Assembly: GCF_009914755.1 (NCBI RefSeq)
Contig: NC_060944.1
Strand: one strand, 5' to 3'
DNA length: 64,000 bases
From: the human T2T-CHM13v2.0 reference genome, Homo sapiens
In this document: in pieces, positions 1 through 14,000 of the stretch
How positions within the stretch are numbered: the first letter of the stretch is position 1
How the letters are laid out: each line of letters opens with the position of its first letter
The notes under the pieces: model-generated
Told to the model about the DNA's origin: nothing
The model's input: the letters and a program-made list of their open reading frames with translations, nothing else
Database searches by the model: none
Translations under genes and position numbers: made by a program

Positions 1-3000
1 TTGGAATGGAATAGAATAGAGTCAACCAGAGTGGAATGGAGTGGAATGGACCGGAATGGAATGGAATGGAATAAACCCGATTAGAATGCAATGGAAGGGA
101 ATATAATCGAATGGAATGGAATGGCATTGAATGGGATCAACACCAGTGGAATGGAGTAGAATGGAATGGATTGGAATGGAATGGAATCCACCCGAGAGGA
201 ATGTATTGCAAAGGAATGGAATGGAGTGGAATCAACCTGAGTCGAATGGAATGTTATGGAATGAAATGGAATGGAATGGAATGGTATGGAATGGAATGAA
301 ATGGAATGGAATGGAAAGGAAAGGAATGCCATAGAATCAAAACGAGTGGAATGGAATGGAATGGAAAGGAATGGAATGGAATTCATTAGAATCAACCCGA
401 GTGGAATGGAATGGAAAGGAATTGAATGGAATAGAATGGAATGGAATCCAATCAAGTGTAAAGGAATGGAATGGAATGGAATGGAATGGAAAGGAATGGA
501 ATGGAATGGAATGGAATGTACAGGAATGGAATAAATCCGATTGGAATGGAATGGAATGCAATGTAATATGATGGAAAGGAATGGAATACACCCGAATGGA
601 ATGACAAGGAATGGAATGTAATGGAATGGTATGGATTGGAATGGAATCAACACAAGTGGAATGGAAAGGAATGGAATGGAATGGAATGGAATCGAATGGA
701 ATGGAATGGAATTGATTGGAATCAACCCGCGTAGAATGCAGAGGATTCGAATAGAAAGGAATGAACCCGAGAGGAATGGAACGGAATGGAAAGGAAGGGA
801 ACGGAATGGAATGGAGTGGAATGGAATGGGATGGAACGGAATGAACTGTAGTGGAATGCAACGGAATGGAAAGGAATGGAATAGAATGGAATGGAATGGA
901 ATGGAATGGAATGGAATGGAATGGAATGCAATGGAATGGAATGAAATGAAATGGAACGGAATCAACCCGAGTGGAATGGAATGGAATGGAATGGAATCAA
1001 ACTGAGAGGAATGGAATGGAATGCAATGAAATGGTATGGAATTGTTGGAATGGAATGGAATGGACTCAAAACGAGTGGAATGGAATGGAATGGAAATCAA
1101 TGGAATGGATTGGAATGGAAACAACCCGAGTGGAATGGAATGGAATGCAATGGAATGGTATGGAATGGTATGGAATGGAATGGAATGGAATGGAATGGAA
1201 TGGAATGGAATGGAATCAAAACGAATGGAATGGAATGGAATGGAACGGAATGGAATAGATTGGAATCCAACCGAGTGGAATATAATGTAATGGAATGGTA
1301 TGGAATGCAATGGCATAGCATGGAATGCAATGGAATAGAGTGCAATGGAATGAAATGGAATGGAATTGAATGGAATGGATTCGAATGCGTTCAAATGGAA
1401 TCGAATGGAATCAAGTGGAATGGAAAGGAATGGAATGGAATGGAATCAATTAGATTGGAATGGAATGGAATGGAATGGATTGCAATGGAATGTAATGGAA
1501 AGGAATCAACCCGTGTGGAATGTAATGGAAAGGAATGCAATGGAATGGAATCAAGAAAAGTGGAATGGAAGGGAATGGAAAATAATGGAAGGGAAAGGAA
1601 TGGAATGCAATGGAGTCAACCGAAATTGAATCGAATTGAATGGAATACAATGGAATAGAATGAAATGGAACGGAATCGTATGGAATGGGATGGGATGGAA
1701 TGGAATTACACCGAGTGGAGCGGAATGGAATTGAATGGAATGGAATGGAATAAATTGGAATGGAATGGAATGGAATGCAATGGAATGGAATCAACCCGTG
1801 TGGAATGGAATGGAATGGAATGGAGTGGAAAGCAATTGAAAGGAATGCAATCAACCCGTGTGGAATGGAATGGAATGGAATGGAATGGAGTGGAAAGCAA
1901 TTGAATGGAATGGAATCAACCAGACTAGAATGGAATTGAATAGAATGGAATGGAATGGAATCAACCCGAGTGCAATGGAATGGAATGGAAACAACCCGAG
2001 TGAAATGGAATGGAAAGCTACGGAATGGAATGATTTGGAATCAAACCGAGTGGAATGGAATGGAAGGAATGGAATGGAATGGAACGGAATGAAATCAACC
2101 CGAATGGAATGGAATGGAATGGAATGGAATGGAATGGAATGGAATGGAATGGAATGGAATGGGATGGAATAGAATGGAATGGAGTGGATTAGAATCAATC
2201 TGAATGGAATGGAAAGGAATGAAAAGGAATGCAATTGAATGGAATGGAATGGAATGGAATGGAATGGAATTTAATAGAATCAACCAGAGTGGAATGGAGT
2301 GGAATGGAACGGAATGGAATGGAATGGAATGGAATAAAACCGAGTAGAATGCAATGGAAGGGAATGGAACCAAATGGAATGGAATGGCATTGAATGGGAT
2401 CAACACGAGTGGAATGGAATGGAATGGAATGGAATGGATTGGAATTGAATGGAATCCACCAGAGTGGAATATAATGGAAAAGAATGGAATGTAGTGGAAT
2501 CAACCCGAGTGGGATGGAATCGTATAGATTGAAATGGAATGGAATGGAATGCTATGGAATGGAATGGAATGGAATGGAAAGGAAAGGAATGCAATGGAAT
2601 CAAAACGAGTGGAATGGAATGGAATGGAAAGGAATGGAATGGAATTCAATAGAATCAACCAGAGTGGAATGGAATGGAAAGGAATTGAATGGAATGGAAT
2701 TGAATGGAATGGAATCCAATCCAGTGTAAGGAAATGGAATTGAATGGAATGGAATGGAATGGAATGGAATGGACTGTAATAAATTCGAGTGGAATGGAAT
2801 GGAATGCAATTTAATATAATGGAAATCAACGGAATCCAACCGAATGGAATGGAAAGGAATGGAATGGAATGGAATGGAATGGAATGGAAAGGAATGGAAT
2901 GTATTGGAATGGAATCAACTCCAGTGCAATGGAAAGGAATGGAATGGAATGAAATGGAATGGAATGGAATGGAATGGAATGGAATGGAATGGAATGGAAT

Positions 3001-5537
3001 GGAATGGAATGCAATGGAAAGGAATGGAATCAACCCGAGATTAATGGAATGGAATGGAATGCAATGGAATGGAATGGAATCAACATGAGTGGAATGCAAC
3101 AGAATGGAATGGAATGGAATGGAATGAAATGGATTGGAATCAACCCACTTGGAATGCAGTGGATTCAAATGGAACGGAATCAACACGAGAGGAATGAAAT
3201 GGAATGGAATGGAATGGAAAGGAATGGAATGGAGTGGAATGGAATGGGATGTAATGGAATGGAATGGAATGGGATGGGATGGAATGGAATGGAATGGAAT
3301 GGAATGGAATGGAATGGAACGGAATGGAATGGAATGGAATCAACCCTAGTGGAATGGAACGGAATGGAATGGAATGGAATGGAATGGAATGGAATGGAAT
3401 CAACCTGAGTGGAATGGAATGGAATGCAATGAAATGGTATGGAATGATTGGAATGGAATGGAATGGACTCAAAACGAGTGGAATGGAATGGAATGGAAAC
3501 GAATGGAACGGAAAGGAATGTTAACAAACCGAGTGGAATGGAATGGAAAGCAATGGAATGGCATGGAATGGAATGGAATGGAATGGAATGGAATGGAATG
3601 GAATGGAACAGAATGGAAAGAAAACGAGTGTAATGGAATGGATTCGAATGGAATGGAATAGATTGGAATCAAACAGAGTGGAATGGAATGCAATGAAATG
3701 GAATCGAATGCAATGGGATGGAATGCAATGGCATGGAATGGAGTGGAATGGAATGGAATTGAATGCATTGGAATGGAGTCGAAAGGAATCAAATGGGATG
3801 AAAGGGAATGGAATGGAATGGAATAAATTAGATTGCAATGCAATGGAATGGAATGGAAAGTAATGGAATGGAATGGAATGGAATCAACACCTGTGGAATG
3901 TAACGCAAACGAATGGAATGGAATGCAATGGAATCAACAAAAGTGGAATGGAAGGGAATGGAATAGAATGGAATGGAATGGAATGCAATGCAATGAAGCC
4001 AACCCAAGTGGAATAGAATGGAATGGAATTCGATGGAGTGGAATGAAAGGGAATGGAATGGAATGGGATGGAATGGAATTAAACTGAACGGAGTGGATTG
4101 GAATTGAATGGAATGAAATGGACAGGAATACAATGGAATGGAATCAACCCGTGTCGAATGCAATGGAATGGAATGGAATGGAATGGAATGGAACGGAATG
4201 GAATGGAAAGCAATTGAATGGAATGGAATCAACCAGAGTGGAATGCAACGGAATGGAATGGAATGGAATGGAATGGAATGGAATGGAATGGAATGGAATC
4301 AACCAGAGTGGAATGGAATGGAATGGAATGGAATGGAATGGAATGGGATCAACCAGAGTGAAATGGAATGGAAAATTAAGGAATGGATTGGAATGGAATG
4401 GAATGCAATGGAATCAACCCGATTGGACTGGAATGCAATGGAATGGAATGGAATGAAATGGAGTCAAACCGACTGGAAGGGAATGGAATGGAATGCAATG
4501 GAATCAACTCGAATGGAATGGAATGGAATGGAATGGAATGGAATGGAATGGATTGGAATGGAATGGAATGGAATGGATTCAGTGTGAGAGGAATGGAATG
4601 GAAGGGAGTGGAATGGAATAGAACGAAATGGAATAGAATGGAACGGAATGCAATGGAATGGATTGAAATGGAATGGAAAGGAATAAAATCAAGTGAAATT
4701 GGATAGAATGGATTGGAATGGAATGGAATGGAATGGAATGGAATGGAATGGAATGGAATCCACCCAAGTGCAATGGAATGGATTTAAATGGATTGGAATG
4801 AAATGGAATGGAATGGAATGGAATGGACTTCACACGAGTGCAATGGAATGGAATGGAATGGAACCAACCCGAGTGGAATGGAATGGAATGGAAATTAATG
4901 GAATGGAATAGAATGGAATCAACCCGAGTGGAATGGAATGGAATGCAATGAAATGGTTTGGAATGGTATGGAATGGAATGGAATGGAATGCAATGGAATG
5001 GAATCAAAGCGAGTGGAATGGAATGGAATGAAATGGAATGGAATGGAATCAACACGAGTGGAATGGAAGGGAATGGAATGGGATGGGATGGAATGGAATG
5101 GAATGCAATGCAATGGAATCAACCCGAGTAGAATGGAAAGGAATGGAATGGAATGGAAAGGAATGGAATGGAATGGAATGGAATGGAATGGAATGGAATC
5201 CACCCGATTACAATGGAAAGGAATGGCATGGAATGGAATGGAATGGAATGGATTGGAATGGAATACAAGGGAATGCAATGGAATGGAGTCAACAGGAATG
5301 GAATGGAATGGAACCAACACGAGTGGAATGAAATGGAAAGGAGCGGAATGGACAGGAAAGGAATGGAAAGGAACTGAATGTAATGGAATCGAATGGAGTG
5401 GAATTGAATGGAATGAAATGGAATCAATGTGAGTGAAATGGAATGGAATGGAACGGAATGGATGGGAATGGAATGGAATGGAATGGAATGGAATGCAATG
5501 GAATCAATGAGAGTGCAATGGATGGAATGGAATGGAG

Positions 5538-5559
5538 CAAATAAAAAGTAATTTATTTG
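5538..5559. other. Non-satellite AT-rich 22-bp inverted repeat (CAAATAAA-aagtaa-TTTATTTG)
   Basis: Perfect 8-bp stem with a 6-nt loop, read directly from the sequence. It interrupts the pentamer pattern and I saw it only once in the window. Confidence 0.85.
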
Positions 5560-6944
5560 AATGGAATGGAATCAACTGGAATGGAATGGAATGGAATGGA
5601 ATGGAATGGAATGGAATGGAATAGAATGCCATGGAATGGAATGGAATGGAATGCCATGGAATGGAATGGAATGGAATTAACAAGAAAGGAAAGGAATGGA
5701 ATGGAATGGAATGGAATGGAATGGAATGGAGAAGACGCAAACCGAGTGGAATGGAATGGATTGCAATGGAATGGAAAGGAATGAAATGGAATGCAACGGA
5801 ATGGAGTGGAATGGAATGGAATGGAATGGAATGGAATGGAATCAATGCAAGTGTAATTGAATGGAATGGAATGGAATGGAATGGAGTGGAATTGATTGGA
5901 ATTGATATGAATGGAATGGAATCAACCGGAATGGAATGGACTGGAATGGAATGGAATGGAATGGAATCAACTAGAATGGAAAGGAATGGAATGCAATGCA
6001 ATGGAATGGAATGGAATGGAATGGAATGGAATCAACCCTTGTGAAATGTAAACCAAAGGAATGGAATGGAATGGAATGGAATTAAATGGAATGGAATCAA
6101 CAAAAGTGGAATGGAATGGAAGGGAATACAACGGAATAGAATGGAATGGAATGGAATAAACCAGAGTGTAATGGAAGGGAATGGAATGCAATGGATTCGA
6201 TTGGAATTAAATTAACTCCATTGGAATGGAGTGGAATGGAATGGAATGGAATGCAAAGAAGCCGATTGGAATGCAGTGGACTGCAAAGGAATGGAATTGA
6301 AAGGGATGGAATGGAATGGAATGGAATAGAATGCAATGGAATGGAATGGAGTGGAATGGAATTAACAAAAGTGGAATGGAAGGGAATGGAATAGAATGGA
6401 ATGGAATGGAATGGAATGGAATGGAATGGAATCAACCCGAGTGGAATGGAATTGACGGGATTGGAATGGAATGTAATGAACCCGAGTGGAATTGAATGGA
6501 ATGGAATTGAATGGAATTAACCCGAGTGAAATGGAATGGAAAGGAACTGAATGGAATTTAATGGAATGGAATGGAATGGAATGGAATGGAATGGAATGGA
6601 ATGGAATGGAATGGAATGGAATCACCTTGAGTGGAATGGAATGATATGGAATACAATGGAAAGCAATGGAATTGAATGGAATCAACCAGAGTTGAATGGA
6701 ATTGAATGGAATGAAATGGAAGGGAATCAACCCAAATGGAATGGAAAGGAATGGAATGGAATTACCCCGAGTGAAATGGCATGGAAGGAACGGAATAGTA
6801 TTTAATGGAATGGAATGCAATGGAATGGAATCAACCCGAGTGGAATGGAATGGAATGGAGTGGAATGGAATGCAATGGAATGCAACCAATAAGAGTGGAA
6901 TGGATTGGAATGGAATAGAATGGAATGAAAGGGAATGGAATCAA

Positions 6945-8050
6945 CCCGAGTGGAATGGAATGGAATGGAATGGAGTGGAATGGAATACAACAGAGTGGAA
7001 TGGAATAGAATGGAATGAAATGGGGTGGAATCAACCCCAGTGGAATGGAAAGGAATGGAATGCAATGAAATGGAATGGAATGGAATGGCATGGAATGAAA
7101 TGGAATGCAATGGAATCGAATGGATTGGAATCAAATGGAGAGAATGGAATGGAATGGAATGGAATGGAATGGAATGGAATGGAATAAAATCAACCCGAGT
7201 GGAATGGAATGGAATAGAATGGGATGGAATTGAATGGAATGGAGTGGATTGGAATCAATCTGAGTGGAATGGAAAGGAATGGATTTGAAGAGAATGGAAT
7301 GGAATGGAATGGAATGGAATGCAATGGAATGGAAAGAAATGAAATGGAATGGAATGGAATGGAATGGAATGGAATGGAATGGAATGGAATGGAGTGGAGT
7401 GGAATGGAATGGAATGGAATGGAATGGAATGGAATGGAATCAATGCAAGTGAAATTAAATGGAATAGAATGGAAAGGGATGGAATGGAGTGGAATGGAAT
7501 GGAATTGTTATGAACGGAATGGAATCAACCAGAGTTGAATGGAATGCAATGGAATGTAATGGAAAGGAATCAACCCGTGTGGAATGTAATGGAAAGGAAT
7601 GCAATGGAATGGAATGAATCAACAAAAGTGGAATGGAAGGGAATGGAAAAGAATGAAAGGGAAAGGAATGGAATGCAATGCAGTCAACCTAAATGGAATC
7701 GAATTGAATGGAAGGCAATGGAATAGAATGAAATGGAACGGAATCGAATGGAATGGGATGGGATGGAATGCAATTACACCGAGTGGAGAGGAATGGAATT
7801 GAGTGGAATGGAATGGAATAAATTGGAATGGAATGGAATGGAATGCAATCGAATGGAATCAACCCGTATGAAATGGAATGGAATGCAGTGGAAAGCAATT
7901 GAATGGAATGGAATCAACCAGAGTGGAATGGAATTGAATAGAATGGAATGGAATGGAATCAACCCGAGTGCAATGGAATGCAATGGAAACAACCCGAGTG
8001 AAATGGAATGGAAAGCTAAGGAATGGAATGATTTGGAATCAAACCGAGTG
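6945..8050 (+). repeat. ~1.1 kb block repeated at ~22690-23830
   Basis: caaatggagagaatgg ~7132/22883, ggatttgaagagaatgg 7281/23067, ggaaagcta ~8010/23791. Confidence 0.75.
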
Positions 8051-11000
8051 GAATGGAATGGAATGGAATGGAATGGAATGGAATGGAATGGAATGGAATG
8101 AAATCAACCCGAGTGGAATGGAATGGAATGGAATGGAATGGGATGGAATAGAATGGAATGGAGTGGAATAGAATCAATCTGAATGGAATGGAAAGGAATG
8201 GAATTGAATGGAATGGAAAGGAATGGAATGGAATGGAATAGAATCAACCAGAGTGGAATGGAGTGGAATGGACCGGAATGGAATGGAATGGAATGGAATG
8301 GAATAAACCCGAGTAGAATGCAATGGAAGGGAATGGAACCAAATGGAATGGAATGGCATTTAATGGGATCAACACGAGTGGAATGGAATGGAATGGATAG
8401 GAATTGAATGGAATCCACTAGAGTGGAATATAATGGAAAAGAATGGAATGTAGTGGAATCCACCCGAGTGGGATGGAATCGTATAGATTGAAATGGAATG
8501 GAATGGAATGGTATGGAATGGAATGGAATGGAATGGAAAGGAAAGGAATGCAATGGAATCAAAACGAGTGGAATGGAATGGAATGGAAAGGAATGGAATG
8601 GTATTCAATAGAATCAACCAGAGTGGAATGGAATGGAAAGGAATTGAAAGCAATGGAATGGAATGGAATGGAATCCAATCCAGTGTAAAGGAATGGAATG
8701 GAATGGAAAGAAATGGAATGGAATGGAATGGACTGGAATGGAATAAATAAGAGTGGAATGGAATGGAATGCAATTTAATATAATCGAAAGCAATGGAATC
8801 CACCCGAATGGAATGGAAAGGAATGAAATGGAATGGAATGGAATGCAATGGAATGGAATGGAATGGAATGGAATGGAATGAATTGGAATGGAATCAACCC
8901 GAGTGGAATGGAAAGGAATGGAATGGAATGGAATGGAATGGAATGGAATGGAATGGAAAGGAATGGAATCAACCCGAGTGTAATGGAATGGAATAGAATG
9001 CAATGGAATGGAATGGAATCAACATGAGTGGAATGCAATAGAATGGAATGGAATGGAATGGAATGAAATGGATTGGAATCAACCCACGTGGAATGTAGTG
9101 GATTCGAATGGAATGGAATCAACCCGAGAGGAATGGAAGTGAATGGAATGGAATGGAATGGAATGGAATGGAATGGAATGAGTTTAATAGAATGGGATGG
9201 AATGGAATGGAATGGAATAGAATGGAATGGAAAGGAATGGAATGGAATGGAATGGAATGGAAAGGAATGGAATGGAATCAAACCTATTGGAATGGAATGG
9301 AATGGAAAGGAAAGGAATGGAATCAATCTGAATGGAAAGGAATGGAATGAAATGAAATGGTATGGAATGATTGGAATGGAATGGAATGGACTCAAAACAA
9401 GTGGAATGGAATGGAATGGAAACGAATGGAACGGAAAGGAATGCAAACAAACTGAGTGGAATGGAATGGAATGCAATGGAATGGCATGGAATGGAATGGA
9501 ATGGAATGGAATAGAATGGAATGAAAATGAGTGGAATGGAATGGATTCGAATGGAATGGAATAGATTGGAATCAAACAGAGTGGAATGGAATGCAATGAA
9601 ATGGAATCGAATGGAATGGAATGGAATGCAATGGCATGGAATGGAGTGGAATGGAATGGAATGGAATGAAATGGAATAGAGTGCAACGGAATGGAATGGC
9701 ATGGAATTGAATGGAATGGATTGGAATGCGTTGGAATGGAGTCGAATGGAACCAACTGGGATGAAAGGGAATGGAATGGAATGGAATTAATTAGATTGCA
9801 ATGCAATGGAATGGAATGGAATGGAATGGAATCAACAAATTGGAATGGAAGGGAATGGAATAGAATGGAATGGAATGCAATGAAGCCAACACAAGTGGAA
9901 TAGAATGCAATGGAATTCGACGGAATGGAATGAAAGGGAATGGAATGGAATGGGATGGAATGGAATTAAACCGAATGGAGTGTATTGGAATTGTATGGAA
10001 TGGAATGGAATAAATTGGAAAGGAATGGAAAGGAATGCAATGGAATGGAATCAACCCATGTGGAATGGAATGGAATGGAATGGAATGGAATGGAATGGAA
10101 TGGAAAGCAATTGAATGGAATGGAATCAACCAGAATGGAATGGAATTGAATGGAATGGAATGGAATGGAATCAACCAGAGTGGAATGGAATGGAATGGAA
10201 TGGAATGGAATGAAATGGAATGGAATGGAATGGTATCAACCGGAGTGAAATGGAATGGAAAGTTACGGAATGACATGGAATGGAATGGAATCAACACGAG
10301 TGAAATGGAATTGGAAGAACGGAATGGAATTTAATGTAATCTAATCGAATGGAATGGAATCACCCCGAGTGGAATGGAATGGAATGGAATGGAAAGGAAC
10401 CCATAAGAGTGGAATGGATGGGAATGGAATGGAATGGAATGAAACGTAATGGAATCAACCCGAGTGGAATGGAATGGAATGAAATTGAATGGAATGGAAT
10501 GGAATGGAATCCACCAGAGTGCAATGGAATAGAATGGAATGGAATGGAGTGGAATTAACCCAAGTGGAATGGAATGGAATCGAATGGAATGGAGTGGAAT
10601 GGAATGGAATGGAATGGATAGGAATCAAACTGAGTGAAATGGAATGGAATGGAATGGGATGGAATAGAATGGAATGGAGGGGATTGGAATCAATATGAGT
10701 GGAATGGAAACGAATGGAATGGAATGGAAAGGAATGGATTGGAATGGAATGGAATGGAATAGAATCAACCAGAGTGGAACTGAGTTTAATGGACCGGAAT
10801 GGAATGGAATGGAATGGAACAAACCCGAGTAGAATGCAACGGAAGGGAATGGAATCGAACGGAATGGAATGGCGTTGAATGGAATCAACACAGGTGGAAT
10901 GGAATGGAATGGAATGGATAGGAATGGAATGGTATCAACCCGAGTGGAATGTAATCTAATATAATGGAATGGAATAGAATCAACCCAAGTAGAATGGAAT

Positions 11001-14000
11001 GGTAAGGAATGAAATGGAATGGAATGGAATGCAATGCAATGGAAAGGAATGCAATGGAATCAAAACGAGTGGAATGGAATGGAATGGAAAGGAATGGAAT
11101 GTAATTCAATAGAATCAACGCGAGTGGACTGGAATGCAAAGGAATTCAATGGAATGGAATGGAACGGAATGGAATGAAATGGATTGGAATCAACCCGCGT
11201 GGAATGTAGTGGATTCGAATGGAATGGAATCAACCCGATAGGAATGCAATGAAATGGAATGGAATGCAATGGAATTGAACGGAAAGGAATGGAGTCAACC
11301 CTACTGGAATGGAAGAGAATTTAATGGAAAGGAACGGAATGGAATGGAATGCAATGGAATCAACCCGACTGGACTGGAGTGGAATGGAATGGAATGCAAT
11401 GAAATAGAGTCAAACCGACAGGAATGGAATGGAATGGAATGCAATGGAATCAAATCAAATGGAATGGAATGGAATGGAAAGGAATGGAATGGAATGGAAT
11501 GGAATGGAATGGAATGGATTGGAATGGAATGGAATGGAATGCAATGGATTCAGTGTGAGAGGAATGGAATGGAATGGAGTGGAATGGAATGGAACGAAAT
11601 GGAATAGAATGGAACGGAATGCAATGGAATGGATTGAAACGGAATGGAAAGGAATAAAATCAAGTGAAATTGGATGGAATGGATTGGAATGGAATGGAAT
11701 GGAATGGAATGGAATGGAATGGAATGGAATGGAATGCAATGGAACCAATAAGAGTGGAATGTATTGGAATGGAATGGAATGGAATGAAAGGGAATGGAAT
11801 CAACACGAGTGGAATGGAATGGAATGGAATGGAATGGAATGGAATGGAATGGAATGGAATGGAAAGGAATGGAAAGGAATACACCAGAGTGGAATGGAAT
11901 AGAATGGAATGGAATGGAGTGGAATCAACCTCAGTGGAATGGAATGGAATGGAAGGGAATGGAATGGAATGGAATGGAATGGAATGGAAGGGAATGGAAT
12001 TGAAAGGAATGGAATCAATCCGACAGGAATGAAAAGGAATGGAATAGAATGAAATGGAATGGAATGGCATGGAATGGAATGGAATTAACCCGAGTGGAAT
12101 GGAATGGAATGGAATGGAATGGAATGCAAAGGAATGCAATCATCCGAGTGGAACAGATTAGAATGGAATGGAAGGGAATGGAATGGAATAAACTGGAGTG
12201 GAATGGATTGGAATGGAATGGAGTGGAGTGGAATGGAATGGTATGGAATGGAATGGAATGGAATGGATTGGATTGGAATGGAATTAAACCGACTGAAATG
12301 GAGTGGAATGGAATAGAATGGAATGGAATGGAAAGAAACGGATTGGAATTCAGTGGACTGGAAAGAAATGGAATTGAATGGAATGGAATGGAAAGGAATG
12401 GAAAGCAATGGAATGGAATGGAATGGAATGGAATCAACACGAATAGAATGGAATAGAATGGAATGGAATGGAATGGAATGGAATTTAATGGAATGGAATG
12501 GAATGGAATGGAATGGAATTGAATGGAATGGAATTACGGAATGGAATGGAATGGAATGGAATTTAATGGAATGGAATGGAATGGAATGGAATGGAATGGA
12601 ATGGAATCAACATGAGTGGTATGCAATGGAGAGGAATGGAATGGAATGGAATAGAATCAACCCGAGTGTTATGCAAAGGAGTGGAATGGAATGGAATGGG
12701 ATGGAATGCAGTCAACAGGAGTGGAAAGGAATGGATTGTAAAGGAATGGAATGGAATGGAATGGAATCAAACCGAGTGGAATGGAATGGAATTGAATCAA
12801 TCCGAGTGGAATGGAATGGAATGCAATGGAATGGAATTGCGTGGAATCAACACGAGTGGAATGGAATGGAAAGGAATGAAATGGAATGGAATGCAATGGC
12901 ATGGAATGGAATGGAATGGAGTGCAACGGAATAGAATGGAATGGAATGGAATGGAATTGATTGGAATGCGATGTAAAGCAATGGAAAGGAACCACCTGAA
13001 ATGCAAAGGAATAGAATGGAATGCAATGGAATGGAATGGAATCAACCCGAGTGGAACGGAATGCAAAGGAAAGGAATGGAATGGAATGGAATTCAATGGA
13101 AAGGAACTGAATGGAATGGAATGGAATAGAGTGGAATGGAATGGCATGAAATGGAATGGAATCAATGCGAGTGTAATGCATTGGAAAGGAATGGAATGGA
13201 GTGGAATGGAATGGAATGAAAAGGAATGGAATCAATGAATGTGTAAAGGAATGGAATGGAATGGAGTGGAATGGAACGGAATGGAATGGAGTGGAATCAA
13301 CTGGAATGGAATGGAATGGAACGGAAGGGAATGGAATTGAATGGAATGGAATCAACTAGAATGGAAAGGAATGGAATGGAATGGAATGCAATGGAATGGA
13401 CTGGAATGGAATGGAATCAACAAAAGTGTAATGGAAGGGAATGGAATAGAATGGAAAGGAAAGCAATGCAGTCAACACGAATGGAATCGAGTGGAGTGGA
13501 ATCTAAAGGAATGGAATGGAATGGAATGGAATGGAATGGAATGGAATGGGATAGAATGGATTCAAACCGAGGGGAGTGGAATGGAATTGAATAGAATGGA
13601 ATGGAATTAATTGGAATGGAAAGGAATGGAATGGAATAGAATGGAATGGAATCAACCAGAGTGGAATGGAATTGAATGGAATGGAATGGAATGGAATCAA
13701 CCCGAGTGGAATTGAATGGAATGGAATGGAATGGAATGGAATGGAATGGAATGGAATGGAATCAACTCGAGTGGAATGGAATTGAATGGAATGGAATGGA
13801 ATGGAATCAAACCGAGTGGAGTGGAAGGGAATTGAATGGAATGGAATGGAATAAATTGCAATGGAAAAGAATGGAATGGAATGGAATGGAATGGAATGGA
13901 ATGGAATGGAATGGAATGGAATGGAATGGAATGGCATGGAATGGAATGGAATGGAATCAACCTGAGTGGAATGGAATGGAATCGAATGGAATGGAATGGA

